Shown in pieces: positions 11,987 to 24,677 of a stretch of DNA of 64,000 nucleotides. This DNA comes from an uncultured Methanosarcinaceae archaeon (lineage in GTDB: Archaea > Halobacteriota > Methanosarcinia > Methanosarcinales > Methanosarcinaceae). A program made the translations under genes and the position numbers. The notes under the pieces were generated by a model. It made no database searches, had not been told where the DNA came from, and worked only from the letters and a program-made list of their open reading frames with translations. The first letter of the stretch is position 1; the number at the start of each line of letters is the position of its first letter. Location: NCBI GenBank assembly GCA_963727895.1, contig CAVSHT010000012.1:32001-96000 (forward strand). The letters run 5' to 3'.

Positions 11987-12742
11987 TCAAAAGGTTTTCT
12001 TTGTTATCCTCCATTCATTAGCAAAGGCGAGCATGGATTCTTTTCTTAGCTGACCTATGAGGCAGACGCTTGTGTTTTTTGCGGCTTCAACGCCTGAGTC
12101 GAAGGGCATTGATTTAGTAGCGATAAGAGGAATTCCTGCTCTTGCAGCTTTTGTGATCATATAGGCAGGCTGCCTGCCTGTGGAGAGTAAGTAATGTTGT
12201 GACAGGTCAAGACCTTTTAGAAAAGCGGCTCCAACGGCTTTATCTACTGCGTTATGCCTCCCAACATCAACAATTTGCATATTCAGTTTTCCGGTTTTAT
12301 CTATCAGGGCTGCAAGATGCGTTCCTCTGGTTAGTTTATATGTGTCGGATTCAAGGTATTCTGTACCTGCAAAGATGACTTGCGGTTCAAAAACCGAGTC
12401 TGAATCTACAAAGATTTCTTTGCTGACTGTTTCTTCGTTTTCGTTTTTTCCGGCGGTTTCGGTATTGAGAGGTTGTTTTTCTTTTTGGGTCTGAATGTGA
12501 ATGTTGTTACCTTCGATCTCAACATTTTTAATTTCACTGAAGCTAATAGCGCCTTCTGTTATAAGGTGTCCGACTGCAAGCTCTTTGAGTTCGAATGGGG
12601 AGACAAAAAGCGTCGTAAAGAGTTTTCCATCAAGAAAAAGTTTAACAGGGAATTCCCTTGCTAGCAGCACGTTAACATTTTCGGTTCTGCCGTTTGAATT
12701 GATTCTTTTTGCAGGGTAAGGAGTGGTATATCTTTCAGGCAT
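11987..12742 (-). CDS. fdhD: Formate dehydrogenase accessory sulfurtransferase
   Basis: ELAVGHLITEG, TRGTHLAAL, DVGRHNAVDKAVG motifs. Confidence 0.9.
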   Translation of the reverse strand: MPERYTTPYPAKRINSNGRTENVNVLLAREFPVKLFLDGKLFTTLFVSPFELKELAVGHLITEGAISFSEIKNVEIEGNNIHIQTQKEKQPLNTETAGKNENEETVSKEIFVDSDSVFEPQVIFAGTEYLESDTYKLTRGTHLAALIDKTGKLNMQIVDVGRHNAVDKAVGAAFLKGLDLSQHYLLSTGRQPAYMITKAARAGIPLIATKSMPFDSGVEAAKNTSVCLIGQLRKESMLAFANEWRITKKTF

Positions 12743-12809
12743 ATGGATCTATTTTCTCGCTTTTTTCTTGTTAGTGAACATATATATCCATATGCCTTTT
12801 TCTTTTCCG

Positions 12810-14312
12810 TTAGCTCAGGTAGATTGCAATATAGTCGATATGTAAAGTACCTTGTTGATTATTTTTTGTAATAACTTTCAAGTTAAATATAAGGTCTGAA
12901 GATGAAGCTGGTGATGTTTTAAACGTTTTAGTATCATAAAGAACTCTCCAGCCTGTTGGGAAGTTGGTTATTGAATCAAATTGTACTCCTGGAAGTGACA
13001 TTTCCATTGTTGGTTCCTTAGAGGATTCTTTATCGTACTTATAAATGATCATAACTGTTGCTTTAGAAGGAGTAGATTTAAACTCCATATAATTATTGAA
13101 TTTTAGTGTTAAGTTAATATTTTCGTTTTCTCCTATGTGTTTTGAAAACTCATTTTTAGGGTTATAGGAAATTAGTTCTGTATTTGTAGAGCTTTCTGGA
13201 AGTATTGATGGGTTCACATAGTTACTGTCCTCAAGGTTTGCAGGATCAGGGGACGGAGATAATGCTATATCATTATATGTTCCAGTAAATGTATCAAAAC
13301 AATACCATTGTTTCAGCTTCATTGCACTTCTAATCAAACTATAATCAAAATTACTTTCTGTTCCAAGACCAGCACCTATTATGGTTTTACTTACATAGAG
13401 CCTTTCAAGTGTCTTATCGCCGCTAGGGAGAAAAGAGAAACGTACGTGACCAGAGCCTTGAAGATATTGAACAGTATAATCTTTCCCGTATTTGAGTCCT
13501 TTATCTTGTGCAATTTCATTGAAGTATTCAATCCAGGCATCCGGGTATTTTGTAGCAATTGTCAGGCTAAAAGTGTTGATATTTGACCCCGTGCTATCAT
13601 ATACAGGCTCTGTTTTATATCCTGCCAGTTGAAGTGGAATTATAGTATTTGAGGAAATAGAATAGTGCTTGCCTGAAATTTGGACTGCCTTAATTATGAC
13701 TGTGCACTTGCTTTTGTCAGTTTCATCTTCTTCTATAGTGATTGCAGGCGACTGTCTCATCACAGAGCTTTCATCGTTTGCAAGAATTAAGGCTCCATTT
13801 TCATACCTGAAGATCTGGTTTGGATACTGCTTGTTTTCAGGACAGGTGATTCCCCCACAATCAATAGTAAAGTTATCAGGTTCTATTTTTTGGGAGGAGC
13901 TGCGTGGTATTACTGTCATTGCATACCTCTCGGTATTCACATCAAGTTTTCCATTACATTTTGAAGGTTCTAAAAAAGGAATGTCACACCCTCCCATATT
14001 AACTGGACCAGATATCGAAATACTACGACTCAAATAATTATTTGATTCCATTAGTTTGGAAAATATATCAACACTTGTTTTCACTCCCACCATATCGTTC
14101 CATGTATCGTGCATATGATTCATTTCGGCATCATTTTTCCACTCTGGAACATATTCAAGCTTGACTACTGAAATTATTGTAAATACGAGAGCTAGGAGCA
14201 ATACTGCTGCGATAGCCGTTGCAGCAGCAGATTCCGAATTGAAAAAACAGGATAAGCTTTTTTCTTTCCTGCTTTTTGTCTCTCTCCTTGTTGTAATAGT
14301 TTTCGGGAACAT
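12810..14312 (-). CDS. Large pilin-like protein (minor pilin/adhesin)
   Basis: Class III-like signal (SESA/AATAIAAVLLLALVFTIIS), VPEWKNDAE..HM and YENGALIL motifs shared with its neighbour; within the pilus locus. Confidence 0.7.
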   Translation of the reverse strand: MFPKTITTRRETKSRKEKSLSCFFNSESAAATAIAAVLLLALVFTIISVVKLEYVPEWKNDAEMNHMHDTWNDMVGVKTSVDIFSKLMESNNYLSRSISISGPVNMGGCDIPFLEPSKCNGKLDVNTERYAMTVIPRSSSQKIEPDNFTIDCGGITCPENKQYPNQIFRYENGALILANDESSVMRQSPAITIEEDETDKSKCTVIIKAVQISGKHYSISSNTIIPLQLAGYKTEPVYDSTGSNINTFSLTIATKYPDAWIEYFNEIAQDKGLKYGKDYTVQYLQGSGHVRFSFLPSGDKTLERLYVSKTIIGAGLGTESNFDYSLIRSAMKLKQWYCFDTFTGTYNDIALSPSPDPANLEDSNYVNPSILPESSTNTELISYNPKNEFSKHIGENENINLTLKFNNYMEFKSTPSKATVMIIYKYDKESSKEPTMEMSLPGVQFDSITNFPTGWRVLYDTKTFKTSPASSSDLIFNLKVITKNNQQGTLHIDYIAIYLS

Positions 14313-14380
14313 TTTCCAAACCTTTGAGTGTGAGTTTTATTATTCCTTAAGTTTTTACCTAATTCCACATTCAATTCAGT

Positions 14381-15431
14381 TCAGATTAAGCCGATTCCAG
14401 GTTCAGCCTTGATTACAGTCTCACTTATATACAGCCTTTTGATGATATCAGAATTGGTATTACTCCCGCTATTTCCTTTGCTTGTATCGGGTGCTGCAGT
14501 GAAGGTAAAACGCACATTGTTGCCAGTAAGCCTTTCAATGTTGTATTTTTCTGAGCTTATTTTTGCATCTTCCATTGCTTTATTTAGATACTGAATCCAG
14601 GCTTCTGGATAATTTGAAGTAATTATCATTATAAATTTGTCTACACTCATTGGCTGACTTTTCTTACTTTCATCGCCCGAATTATCTGTCTCACTATCAT
14701 AATGGGAGACGTAATTAATTCCTGTAAGACGGAGGGAGCATTCGCTATTTGATGAAATTATTTCAGGGAGAACATGAGGGTTCTGACAGACACTTATCGT
14801 ATTTATTGAAATATTACTCATTATGCCCATTGTTTGCTGTCGTGGAGAAACGGAGCGAAGGATAGAGCATCATGACTGCTTGGTCATCTTGGTCCAGTAT
14901 TAAGGCTCCGTTTTCATAACTGAAAACCTGATCTACATAGTGGCCATTCTGAGAAGTGTAAGTAACGGTACCGCAATCGATAGAGTTGACTTTTGGAGTG
15001 GTATCAGGGTTTACTATTATGCTTATTACGCACTTACCTTTGTTTACAGCAAGAGTTCCACTTGACTTCATTGAGACTATGAATGGAATGTCTCCGCCTC
15101 CCATATGAATAGGTACACTTGTTACTAAACCAGAGGCTGTACAATTTGAATACAAGGAATTAATTGGGGTACAATTAGAGCTTGAAGCTAGGACAATTGA
15201 CATCACATCTGCTCTTAACTTAAGTTCTGTCATGTCTTTCCATACATCATCCATATGAGCGTATTCGGCATCGTTTTTCCACTCAGGGACGCAGTCTACC
15301 CATGCAATGGTGAGTACTGAAAATATGATTCCCAATAGCAATACTGCCCCAATGACAGTTGCTGTTCCAGATTCAGAATTGAAAAAAAGCTCTTTTTCTG
15401 ATCTGGCTCTCTTTTCTTTGTTTTTTTTCAT
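14381..15431 (-). CDS. Pilin-like protein paralogue (frameshift near 14820)
   Basis: SESG/TATVIGAVLLLGIIF, VPEWKNDAE, YENGALIL; the second fragment continues homology (SNYPEAW, RLYISETVI) to 12810-14312. Confidence 0.7.
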
Positions 15432-15472
15432 TTATTTTCAAACCCCCTGCCTCCAACTCCTTATTCGAGTCA

Positions 15473-16561
15473 TCACTCCGCATGGATCGCGATAAAGTCA
15501 ACCCAACCAATTTTATTGTCACTGTTTGCAATACCATATGCTGAAAACCTTACTGTAAGATTTCTGAGTTCTTCAGTTGTATCTACCCAAGTTTTCAAAT
15601 CAATGAGAGCCAAACTATTATTGCAAGTAGTCGTGTCTTTATATAGAGGCATACCAGGCCCAGTAACAGTTATCCATTTGTCAGGGTTTTTATCGTTAAT
15701 TTCAAGCGTCAAGTCTTTCTGACTGCTGTCATGTGCTGTATATATTATTTTTAAAAGAACTTCTTTTAATGGATTTTGAAGATCCAGTCCATATTGATCT
15801 ATCCCAAAGGTAAAATTTTCACTAGACCATTTGCCCTGATACATCTGGCAATCAGTCTGAAGGTTATCACCAATTCCGTCAGTTAGTTCGGTGTGTAGCC
15901 ATTCATTTGTAGAGTTATCATATACACTTCCATAGGGATGAGGAGTAATCCAGTAAGGAAAATTACTTTCCCTGTTACCCTTTTGAAGCACTACTTTCTG
16001 GATCACCTGCTCGGATGGAGTGTCCACGAAAAACATATCTATGTCATCAGTAGTTTTGAGGTCGAGCATCTTCGTTGGGTCTTTTGGGTATGCTGGATCT
16101 CTCGTGCTATTAGTGTTAATTATGATACAATCCCCTAGCCTGAATACATTGTCACTGAAATAAGTCCCATCTGAATTTTTGGATTTGAAAGTGCCATCCG
16201 AGTTTTTGACTCTAAGAGTGCCATCCGCGTCTTTGACTTGAAAATTAGACCTGTCATATGGAGGAACAACCTGCAATCCATTGACGTAAAGTATTATTTT
16301 GATGGCGGACAGGTCAATAGTTTCTCCCCCACTGTGGACGATTTGTATCTCATTAGTATCTGCGTTAATATTTTCACGCAGATCGGTATTCGGAGTATGT
16401 TCCGGCTTCACAGCTCCAGGATCTGAAAATACTGCCAGGCCGATCATAGAAAAGGCTATTACAACTATACTTATCATGAGCAGTTGCCCATATACTTCTG
16501 AAACTGCCCGACAGTCCTGGCAAAGTAACCTGCGCTTCTGACCCTCCAGGATAAAAGCCAC
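15473..16561 (-). CDS. Type IV pilin N-terminal-domain protein (minor pilin)
   Basis: RA/VSEVYGQLLMISIVVIAF prepilin motif; IVHSGGE motif of DUF1628-type pilins. Confidence 0.8.
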   Translation of the reverse strand: MAFILEGQKRRLLCQDCRAVSEVYGQLLMISIVVIAFSMIGLAVFSDPGAVKPEHTPNTDLRENINADTNEIQIVHSGGETIDLSAIKIILYVNGLQVVPPYDRSNFQVKDADGTLRVKNSDGTFKSKNSDGTYFSDNVFRLGDCIIINTNSTRDPAYPKDPTKMLDLKTTDDIDMFFVDTPSEQVIQKVVLQKGNRESNFPYWITPHPYGSVYDNSTNEWLHTELTDGIGDNLQTDCQMYQGKWSSENFTFGIDQYGLDLQNPLKEVLLKIIYTAHDSSQKDLTLEINDKNPDKWITVTGPGMPLYKDTTTCNNSLALIDLKTWVDTTEELRNLTVRFSAYGIANSDNKIGWVDFIAIHAE

Positions 16562-16847
16562 CTTCTAAAAGATTTAATTACCAACTTAGTAATATGTTTT
16601 TAATTTAATATTGACTTGACTGTATGAGAAAATTTATTAAAGTAGAACTGCGAATATGTATCTTGCTGAAATAATTTTGTATGTGATCACAAACTGTCCT
16701 TCCCAACATTCAACAAAATTTTAAATACGTATAAAAGATAGGAGGGTATAATCTAAAAAATTAAACAATGTTATTTGTGTATTTTAAAGTTAAAAGTTTC
16801 TGGCAGGCTTTTCTGTCCGAATACATTTAACCAGGAGGGAGAAACAT

Positions 16848-17318
16848 ATGGATTTCAAGAAATTATTTAGAAAAGATGATAAAGCAGTTTCTCCGGTCAT
16901 CGGTGTCATCCTGATGGTTGCAATAACCGTCATCCTTGCCGCCGCAATCGGATCTTCTGTTTTCAGTCATGGAACTGCCCAATCTGCACCGCAGGCGAAC
17001 TTCGATATTAAAGCAGTGAGTCCTAGTGTTACTACGGGCACAGTTGCAGATGCAGTTATAAAAATTGAGCACCTTGGTGGGGACACAATTCATTTTAAAG
17101 ACAAAGCAAAACTTACGGCTACAGGGTCTGATGGAAAATCTGTTGAGATCGATGCTACAGGTCTTGGTGATTTCAGTGCTGGTGATGTCCAGACCCTATC
17201 GTTGACAGCCGTAACTGGTAGTACCAGTCCAATCGTTAACTCGGGGAATACTATAAACATCAAAATTATCGATAAAGAAACCAATCAGCTAATTTGTGAC
17301 AAGAATGTAAGGTTCTAA
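16848..17318 (+). CDS. Archaeal type IV major pilin (DUF1628 type)
   Basis: KA/VSPVIGVILMVAITVILAA, IEHLGGD; strong GGAGG SD. Confidence 0.92.
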   Translation: MDFKKLFRKDDKAVSPVIGVILMVAITVILAAAIGSSVFSHGTAQSAPQANFDIKAVSPSVTTGTVADAVIKIEHLGGDTIHFKDKAKLTATGSDGKSVEIDATGLGDFSAGDVQTLSLTAVTGSTSPIVNSGNTINIKIIDKETNQLICDKNVRF

Positions 17319-17328
17319 AAACAGGTTT

Positions 17329-17361
17329 AAGCACCTCAAACAGGTGCTTTATCTTCTTTTA
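17329..17361 (+). terminator. Hairpin plus T-rich tract after the pilin gene
   Basis: AAGCACCT-caaac-AGGTGCTT followed by tatcttctttt. Confidence 0.6.
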
Positions 17362-17830
17362 TTCAGCTAGTTTTTTCGAAATTTTCTTGTTATATTTCAG
17401 CGTGGACTTTTACAGAATTGCTTTTACTCTTAATTTTACCACACATAGGATCACTTTTCCAGATGATCTGTGTTCACTCACATTTTACCTTTTCATTGTA
17501 ACTATTCAGCTTATGTAATATCAGTCTATTGAGGTTTATTTCAACGTAAGTGATATTGTAAATTACCTGCGATAACTAAAAAAGTAATCACAGTAATTGA
17601 AGAAAATATACTTGGAGAATTTATCTATTTAATTTACTAAAAATGACAATTGATATTGTGTTGCCGGCTGAAAAGTTACAGCTTTCTAAATAACTTTTCC
17701 AATATTTTGCGTTTTTGATACAAACTTGAGTTCTAAGAAGAGATCTTGGGCTATTGCCTTATCTAGTTAGGTGAAAAAAGGGTAAAATTGAGGGTTTTCC
17801 TAGATAAACCCTCAAACTTCTCTATAAAAT

Positions 17831-19809
17831 TCAAACAAACATGGTGAAAACCACGTAAGCTAAAATTACCATGCTTACACTGTACTTCAGGCCCAGATAT
17901 GCAGACCCCTGTCCCATCTTTCCGGCAACAAGTCCTGAGGTAAAACCCTGCACAAGGGCTGAGTGGAACATAAGCATGGTGTACTCTGCGACATTAAAAT
18001 ATCCGCCGATTCCAGCCATTCCCTGCGAGGAAGTTGCAAACTTAGCTGTTTGCGGGAAGAAGTTTGTAGCCAGGATATAGACTATGAACAGGAAGACAAA
18101 AAAGGATACATAGATTGTGACAACGTAGACCACCATTGCTGATGAACGCTCTGCTCTCATGTCCTCGTCATTTCTGACCTGTTTGGCGGTAATAGAAAGT
18201 ACGCTTTTAAGGTCACTTGTAGACTCATTTGCTTTTACTAAAATATGGAGAATGCGGCTTGAAGAAGGTGTTCTTATGCTTCTCTCAAGGTTCATAAGGG
18301 CTCTTGATGTGGAAGTGCCCCAGGAAATGTCTTCCGTTACCTTTTTTAGTTCTTTACTGAGAATTCCCATTTTAGATTCGGCTATTATTTTTAACGAGTT
18401 TGCAAGCATAATTCCTGACTCATTCATGCTGGAAAGGCTTTTCAAAAAGTCAGGCATCTTCTCGTCAATTTTACGCATTCTCCAGCCTTTGATCTCATAA
18501 AATATTATAAAGGGAATCAGGGAAATGACAATAAAAATAACAACATAATCATCAACAGCAGTAACAAACTTTATAGCACTGTCAGTTACATGGGCAAAAT
18601 TTATACTTAGATGATGTAAGTTAGAATAGCATGCTGTGTTTAAGACTTCTTGGAAGTTGGGTAGATAATAAAGCCCAAGCGGAATTCCAATGAAAAACGT
18701 GTATCTCGGCTCTTCTCTGATAGTCCTGTAAGGATTAAGAATCATGTCTTTGAGATTATTAAGTCCTCTGTACAGCTTGTACATTTTTCTCCTTTTCTGC
18801 TCCCTCTCTTCAGTGAGCCCTGAGTCTATTTCCGGAATATCGGCAAGATTTATCATAAAACTACGAATGTCACCTTTTTTAGGATCAATGGAAAGTTCTC
18901 CCACGGTACCGAGAAGCACTAAATAAAGCAGAGTTGCAAGAGGAAGTATCACATAAACAAGCATGTAAAGGATCTGGGCTGAAGCTGGCTGGAAAAACTG
19001 CCTCACAACAATAGTTACATTACAAAAAGCGGGCCTGCAACCAGTGCAGTCACGTAAATCTCGGCAAGCACATCAAGTCTCTGTAACAGGTTTTTGTTCG
19101 CCAGCGCAGCCATGCCCTGATATTGTTCGGACTTGTTTTTAATGTACTCAGTTATGGCTCCACTGCTTGAAACAATGATTAGCTCATCAACAAAATCTTT
19201 AAAAACTTTGGAAGGGGTTCGGTCCTTCGCAATTTTAAGGGCACTTATGAAGTCTTTTCCCAGGTAATCCATATCTCTTACAACATAGGATACTTCTTCT
19301 GCAGTTGCTCCAAATATGTATGTATACCTGCTCAAAGAGCGGAAAACATCATAAATTGACATTCCTCCTTTCGTCAGAGCATACATGTAAGTTATTGCCG
19401 GAAGCATGGATTTATCAATAGAAGCTTGCCGGTTATTTGCCTGGAAATAAGGATATATATACAATAAGAAACACGATAAAAAACTTACAAGAAATAATAC
19501 AAAACCTGCTAAAACCGCTAGAGGATACACATATTTGCCTGCAATGTCAGCACGTACAGGATCCACAAAAAGGTTAAGTCTGGACACCGAGTTCCCAAAG
19601 ATTTTCAGTCCCAGCCATAACCCAAAAGCTCCTCCAGCAATCCCCACAATTACCGAATACATAAAAGCAGAAGCCAGATATTGATCCACTGACATGGAAA
19701 TATGGGAATATCTTATCTTGACCTTTAAATCTTCAAAATGTACTTTATTTCTATAAAAAAAATCCCCGTAAAATCTGTATGCCAGTTCATCCACAATAGT
19801 ATAAGTCAT
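17831..19809 (-). CDS. T2SS-F / TadC / FlaJ-like pilus platform protein (1-bp deletion near 19017)
   Basis: Two T2SS-F halves with many TM segments; LAEIYVTALVAGPLF continues in the shifted frame; QGFTSGLVAGKMG C-terminus. Confidence 0.85.
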
Positions 19810-19887
19810 ACTCCCCCTCTTAAGAAACCATATTCCTGTTTCATACCGCTACTATTGAAAAGTCTTGTGACCACGCCTACAATGATG

Positions 19888-19987
19888 TTTCGCTCAAGCC
19901 TTTTTGAAAAGGCTTGCAGAAACCGTTGCGCCGGTTTATCACGCCACTACTAAGGTTTTCGCTCAAGCCTTTTTTGAAAAGGCTTGC
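19888..19987. repeat. Two tandem family A palindromes
   Basis: TTTCGCTCAAGCCTTTTT(T)GAAAAGGCTTGC at 19888-19917 and 19957-19987, between the ATPase and platform genes. Confidence 0.8.
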
Positions 19988-19988
19988 T

Positions 19989-21600
19989 TTACGAAGCCAT
20001 ACCCTCTATCATATCCTGAAGGGTATCATTGTCCACAGCTTCCATAACCATCTTCGGATAAGTCTTGGTATGCCTGAACTACGATGGACACCTGAATATA
20101 GTTCCTTATACCATTTTGATACATATAATCCAAAATTTTTCTCCTATTATCCATCTCATTTCTTAATTGGCTGGAATCCCATACTCTTACATCCATAATC
20201 TCCTGTAAGATATGAGAATCCCCAACTTTCGTGAAGCAGTCCTCTAAAGGTTCCCAGTTGAAAAGCTCATTTATGCCAAGATCTCCTGTTTCAGGGTCGA
20301 CATTCAAGACTTCCACAAGACTTCGAGTTCTTCGAACTCTTTTTCCTTCTATGTACACCTGCTCTTGAATACAGAGCACATTCAGAGACTGCAACATAAC
20401 GTGAGGTACGTTTATTGGCTCGTGAGTGAGCCTGTTTACAACAGTCTGTACATCTCCTGCGTGCATTGTTGAGCTTGTTGCATGTCCTGTTGACATTGCC
20501 TGGAAAAGAGTAAGGGCTTCACTGCCTCTGACTTCACCCACAATGATGTAGTCTGGACGCTGTCTGAGAGCAGCTCTCAAAAGATCGTACATGGTAATTT
20601 CTCCAGAAGAATCAGCTGCAAAACCCTCTCTTGCAACCCCGGAAATCCAGTTATTGTGGTAAAGTAAAAGTTCCCTTGTATCTTCAATCGAGACTATTTT
20701 CGTTGTCGAAGGCATGAAAAGGGAAGTAGCATTCAGTATAGACGTTTTTCCTGAAGCTGTACCCCCTGCAAAAAGCATGTTATATCCATTTTCTATAGCC
20801 ATCCAGAAAAATACAAGCATGTCAAGATCGCATGTCTTATAGCCAAGCAAGTCTATAGGAGTCATTGGATCTTTCCTGAACTTACGGATAGTAAAAGAAC
20901 TGCCTCTGGGAGTAATCTCTCTCCCTAAAACCGCCTGAAGTCTTGAGCCGTCCTGGATTGTCGCATCAACTATTGGCTGGCTTACAGAAACGTGTTTATT
21001 ATTCAACTGGCACATCTTAATTACAAGTGCATCAAGTTCCTCTTCTTCAAAAGTAATAATTACTTTCAATATTGAGATATCTGTTATGATAAAAATATAG
21101 AGGTACTCCAACTCCATCGCAGGAAATATCTTCTATATAAGGATCATAAAGGAGAGGATTGATTTTCTCGTATCCCAGCAGGTTTCTTCTAAGGTAGTAC
21201 ATAATTTTTAGAAGCGCTGCTTTTGAAATTTCAGCCTTATAACGTTCGAGAAGAAAGAGAGCTCTATCAACCAGGAATTCATCTTTTTCTGACTTCGAAT
21301 GTGTAGACCTCAAAATAAGGATATCCTGAAAATCTTTATATATTCTTTTTAAGGGTTCTTTCTCAAATTTTGTGAGTGAAGGTTCAATAAGCCTGTAATA
21401 TGTTGTTCTGCTGTCTTCCATAACTGAGACAAAAGTATAAGGTTCCTGAAGCCAGTATCTTTCGATTTCTTTTAGTCCATCAGGCACTACAAATTGTACA
21501 AGAGGTCCTTCTTTTTCTGGATCATACTCTGGCAGAGTCCTTAATGGCCTATCAAAATAGTTTCTAGCTTTTTTATGGTCTCTGCAATAGAGTTATGATC
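19989..21600 (-). CDS. VirB11/FlaI/PilB-type pilus assembly ATPase (several frameshifts, 5' end unclear)
   Basis: IEDISCDG, TIRKF, Walker A GGTASGKT, SIEDTRE, LRQRPDYIIVGEVRG, TGH..TMHA. Confidence 0.85.
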
Positions 21601-21865
21601 GCTTTTTTTCCCCAATAACCCTGAAATAAAATTATTCTTCGCTAGCATTTCTTTTAAGTCATTCAAACTCTCGCCTTCAGGTTGTTCTTAGGTCATATAA
21701 GTCCAACGTTTTATAAAAATATTGCATGTTCCGGCTGCACTATGTTAAACTATAATGTATTCAAATTAAAATTCCCAAAACAGAATGATGTTTTTCTTAA
21801 CCTAAACTATTTTCACGAGGAATAATTCTTGTTTATTTTAAAAAAGTTCAATACATTGATTTACA

Positions 21866-22081
<216 letters not shown>

Positions 22082-22274
22082 CTCTAAGATATGATTCTCT
22101 AAAATTAAAAATTGACTCTGAAAATAGAAAATGGTTCCAAAGAACTCTAGCGGTGATCAAAAAATAACTGGTCACTGTGAGTTTAAAGGAATCACTAATG
22201 TTCAGAATTACTGTTCAATAATTTAGGGACACAATCCAATCATGTAAGCACTCAATAAGTAGAAGACTGCAGAT

Positions 22275-23084
22275 TCATTGTTTTTTAGCAGTTAAATAGA
22301 TTCTTTCAAACTTTAAGTTAACCATTCCTGAACTATCTGCCTGTTCTTTAAGAGCTTCTTTAACTAATTCACGAAATGTATTGATATAATCGTCTGTCAA
22401 AGTTACTGTGTAATAAAACTGGTTTAAGTAACCGTTTTCGGCTCCGGATTGATATATTTTATATGCCTGTTCAACAGAAAAGAAATTTGATTCTTCCCTT
22501 ATTTCGCTATAAATTATATCAAATCCATTATTTCTAAAAAGCTGTTCATATTCTTCCTTACTGTCACAGAAAAACCACGGATTTTTAAAGTATTTAAATA
22601 CCTCTCGTGTATGTGGGTGAATACGGATTTTTTCTATTGCTGAAATAAAGTTCGGACAATAAGATTGAGTAGCTGGAGCCTGTATCCCTATTCTGCCTCC
22701 TTGCTTAAGCACATTAAAACAACGCATTAATACCTGTTCTGGTTTTTGAAACCACTGAAAACAAGAATTACACACAATAACATCAAATTTCGTATTTAGC
22801 TCAAGATTTTCAGCATCCATGACAGAATATTTTAAGTTGGGAAGCTCTTTGTTGGAACTTACTGCTTGTTCTATCATACCTTGAGAAACATCAATTCCCA
22901 GTACATTTCCTTTTGTAGCTTGTGCAATTTTTTTTGTGATATGACCTGGCCCACAGCCTATATCAAGTACATCTTCTTCAGGTTGAATTGACAATAAATT
23001 CAAAAGAACCTCAGAAGCTGACTTTTGAACCAATGCATTATCTGCATATGTAAAAGCCTTGGAACTAAAATTAACTTTCGACAT
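22275..23084 (-). CDS. Class I SAM-dependent methyltransferase (Tam/BioC-like)
   Basis: VLDIGCGPG, GIDVS..MI, FDVIVCNSCFQW, LKQGG motifs. Confidence 0.85.
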   Translation of the reverse strand: MSKVNFSSKAFTYADNALVQKSASEVLLNLLSIQPEEDVLDIGCGPGHITKKIAQATKGNVLGIDVSQGMIEQAVSSNKELPNLKYSVMDAENLELNTKFDVIVCNSCFQWFQKPEQVLMRCFNVLKQGGRIGIQAPATQSYCPNFISAIEKIRIHPHTREVFKYFKNPWFFCDSKEEYEQLFRNNGFDIIYSEIREESNFFSVEQAYKIYQSGAENGYLNQFYYTVTLTDDYINTFRELVKEALKEQADSSGMVNLKFERIYLTAKKQ

Positions 23085-23152
23085 AGTTTTAATCACTTCT
23101 TTCAAAAAGTGTTTATATTATTTAGGACTTGCGTGGTTGAACTGAAAAATAA

Positions 23153-23881
23153 GGTATGGTTAACTAAACATATTTAACTCTTTATTTCTGTATTTCATCA
23201 ATAGAATAACCGAGTACTTTAGCATTTCAAGACTTTTTTATAACACTTTGTCTTTCTTCTCAACCTTGCCAAAAAGTGCCTCAATATGCTGTTATATCCT
23301 TCAACAGTATACGTTTCTGCTTTGGATTGAGTATGGATCTTTTCTGGAAGAAACTCTGCATATGCTCTCCAGTGATCGGTCATCACTTCTCCAATCTCTT
23401 TTTTCTTCAATTTTTCCCAGAGTAGTTTTCCAGTTTCCGTTCCTCTGATGCCAAAAGAGCAGTTGATGAACTTTTTCCCAACTCTATCAACAGCAATCCA
23501 GATCCAGCAATATTTTTTTTGTTACCGATGTACGTGTGCATTTCATCCATTTCAACAATAGATATCTCATTTTCACTTTTTAGATTCTCTCACTCTTGAC
23601 CAAATTTCTTTATCCATTTTTGGACAGAAACATGACTTACCCCTAAAACTCTTCCTATTGAACGAAAACCCAATCCTTCAAGATAGAGTTGTAAAGCCTG
23701 TCTTTTTACAGAAGCGGAAAAAGCAGTTGATTTTAGCTCTACTGTATAGTTATATCCACAATCAGAGCATTTGTACCGTTGACGCCCGCCAACTATACCA
23801 TTCTTTTTGTGATTAGAACTATTGCATTCATGAAGAAATATATGTTATAAGCATATATATCTATTTTTGTGTACCAATGCC
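23153..23881 (-). mobile_element. IS1-family element copy 2 (defective)
   Basis: Homologous to copy 1; target duplication AAAAATAA at 23145-23152 and 23882-23889; internal TGA; about 10 bp deleted just after the insA ATG. Confidence 0.95.
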
Positions 23882-24053
23882 AAAAATAAATATGAGCTTA
23901 ACCTTCAACTCTCTACAGCGCATATTTTACATAAATGTCTGTCATACCTGATTTTGCACCCCAAGCGCATACAGTTTTATTATAATTCCCAAATCAAATA
24001 TACCGGTATCCAACTACAGGCCTTGTACTTTAATTTCTGTAAATTCTAAATAT

Positions 24054-24190
24054 GGGACTATCCCAAAACTCAAAATCTGTTTATTTATATTTCGTATTTT
24101 AAATGACTAACAGAGCTCCTAATCACAGAATTAAATTTGTACAACATAATATTATTGGTGTTATTAAATATTGATTTTAGGTTTAAGAAT
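24054..24190. repeat. Degenerate MITE-like repeat, family B (CCAAAACTCAAAAT end)
   Basis: Shares the end motif with 49622-49750 and 50037-50105. Confidence 0.5.
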
Positions 24191-24677
24191 GATAATATGC
24201 TATCTAATGCCTTTAAGTGAAAACATTACTAAAGAGAAACTATCCTACTAAAATAGTACACGAGCAGAATAATAAAAAGTTCGCATTTTGTGAAGAATAT
24301 TCAAAATATTGATAGAAAAATAGTGGTTTTTTGGTTAAAATCCGAATGTTGTAACTCATAAAGTTCGTGTCTATAATAATCTGAAAAAGTAGATTTCTAT
24401 GAAATTATATAGTTTCATAATGATATGTCTGAATTCTGTCAAGTATACGAGATTAATTATATGTTTGAATGCATTTGGAATTAATATCTTATTTCTCGTA
24501 GACTTTCTAGAGTGATAAATAGTAAAATTTAACTATTTATAAAAAAGTTTTCTGTGTGGAGACATGCATAAAAATCTATAACCGTCTTAGTTTTTTTACG
24601 TATCTCACCAAAACAGTTTATTAAGAATTGATAAATATACAATTTCAGATATTTAAAAAACAGGGACTATTTCAAAT

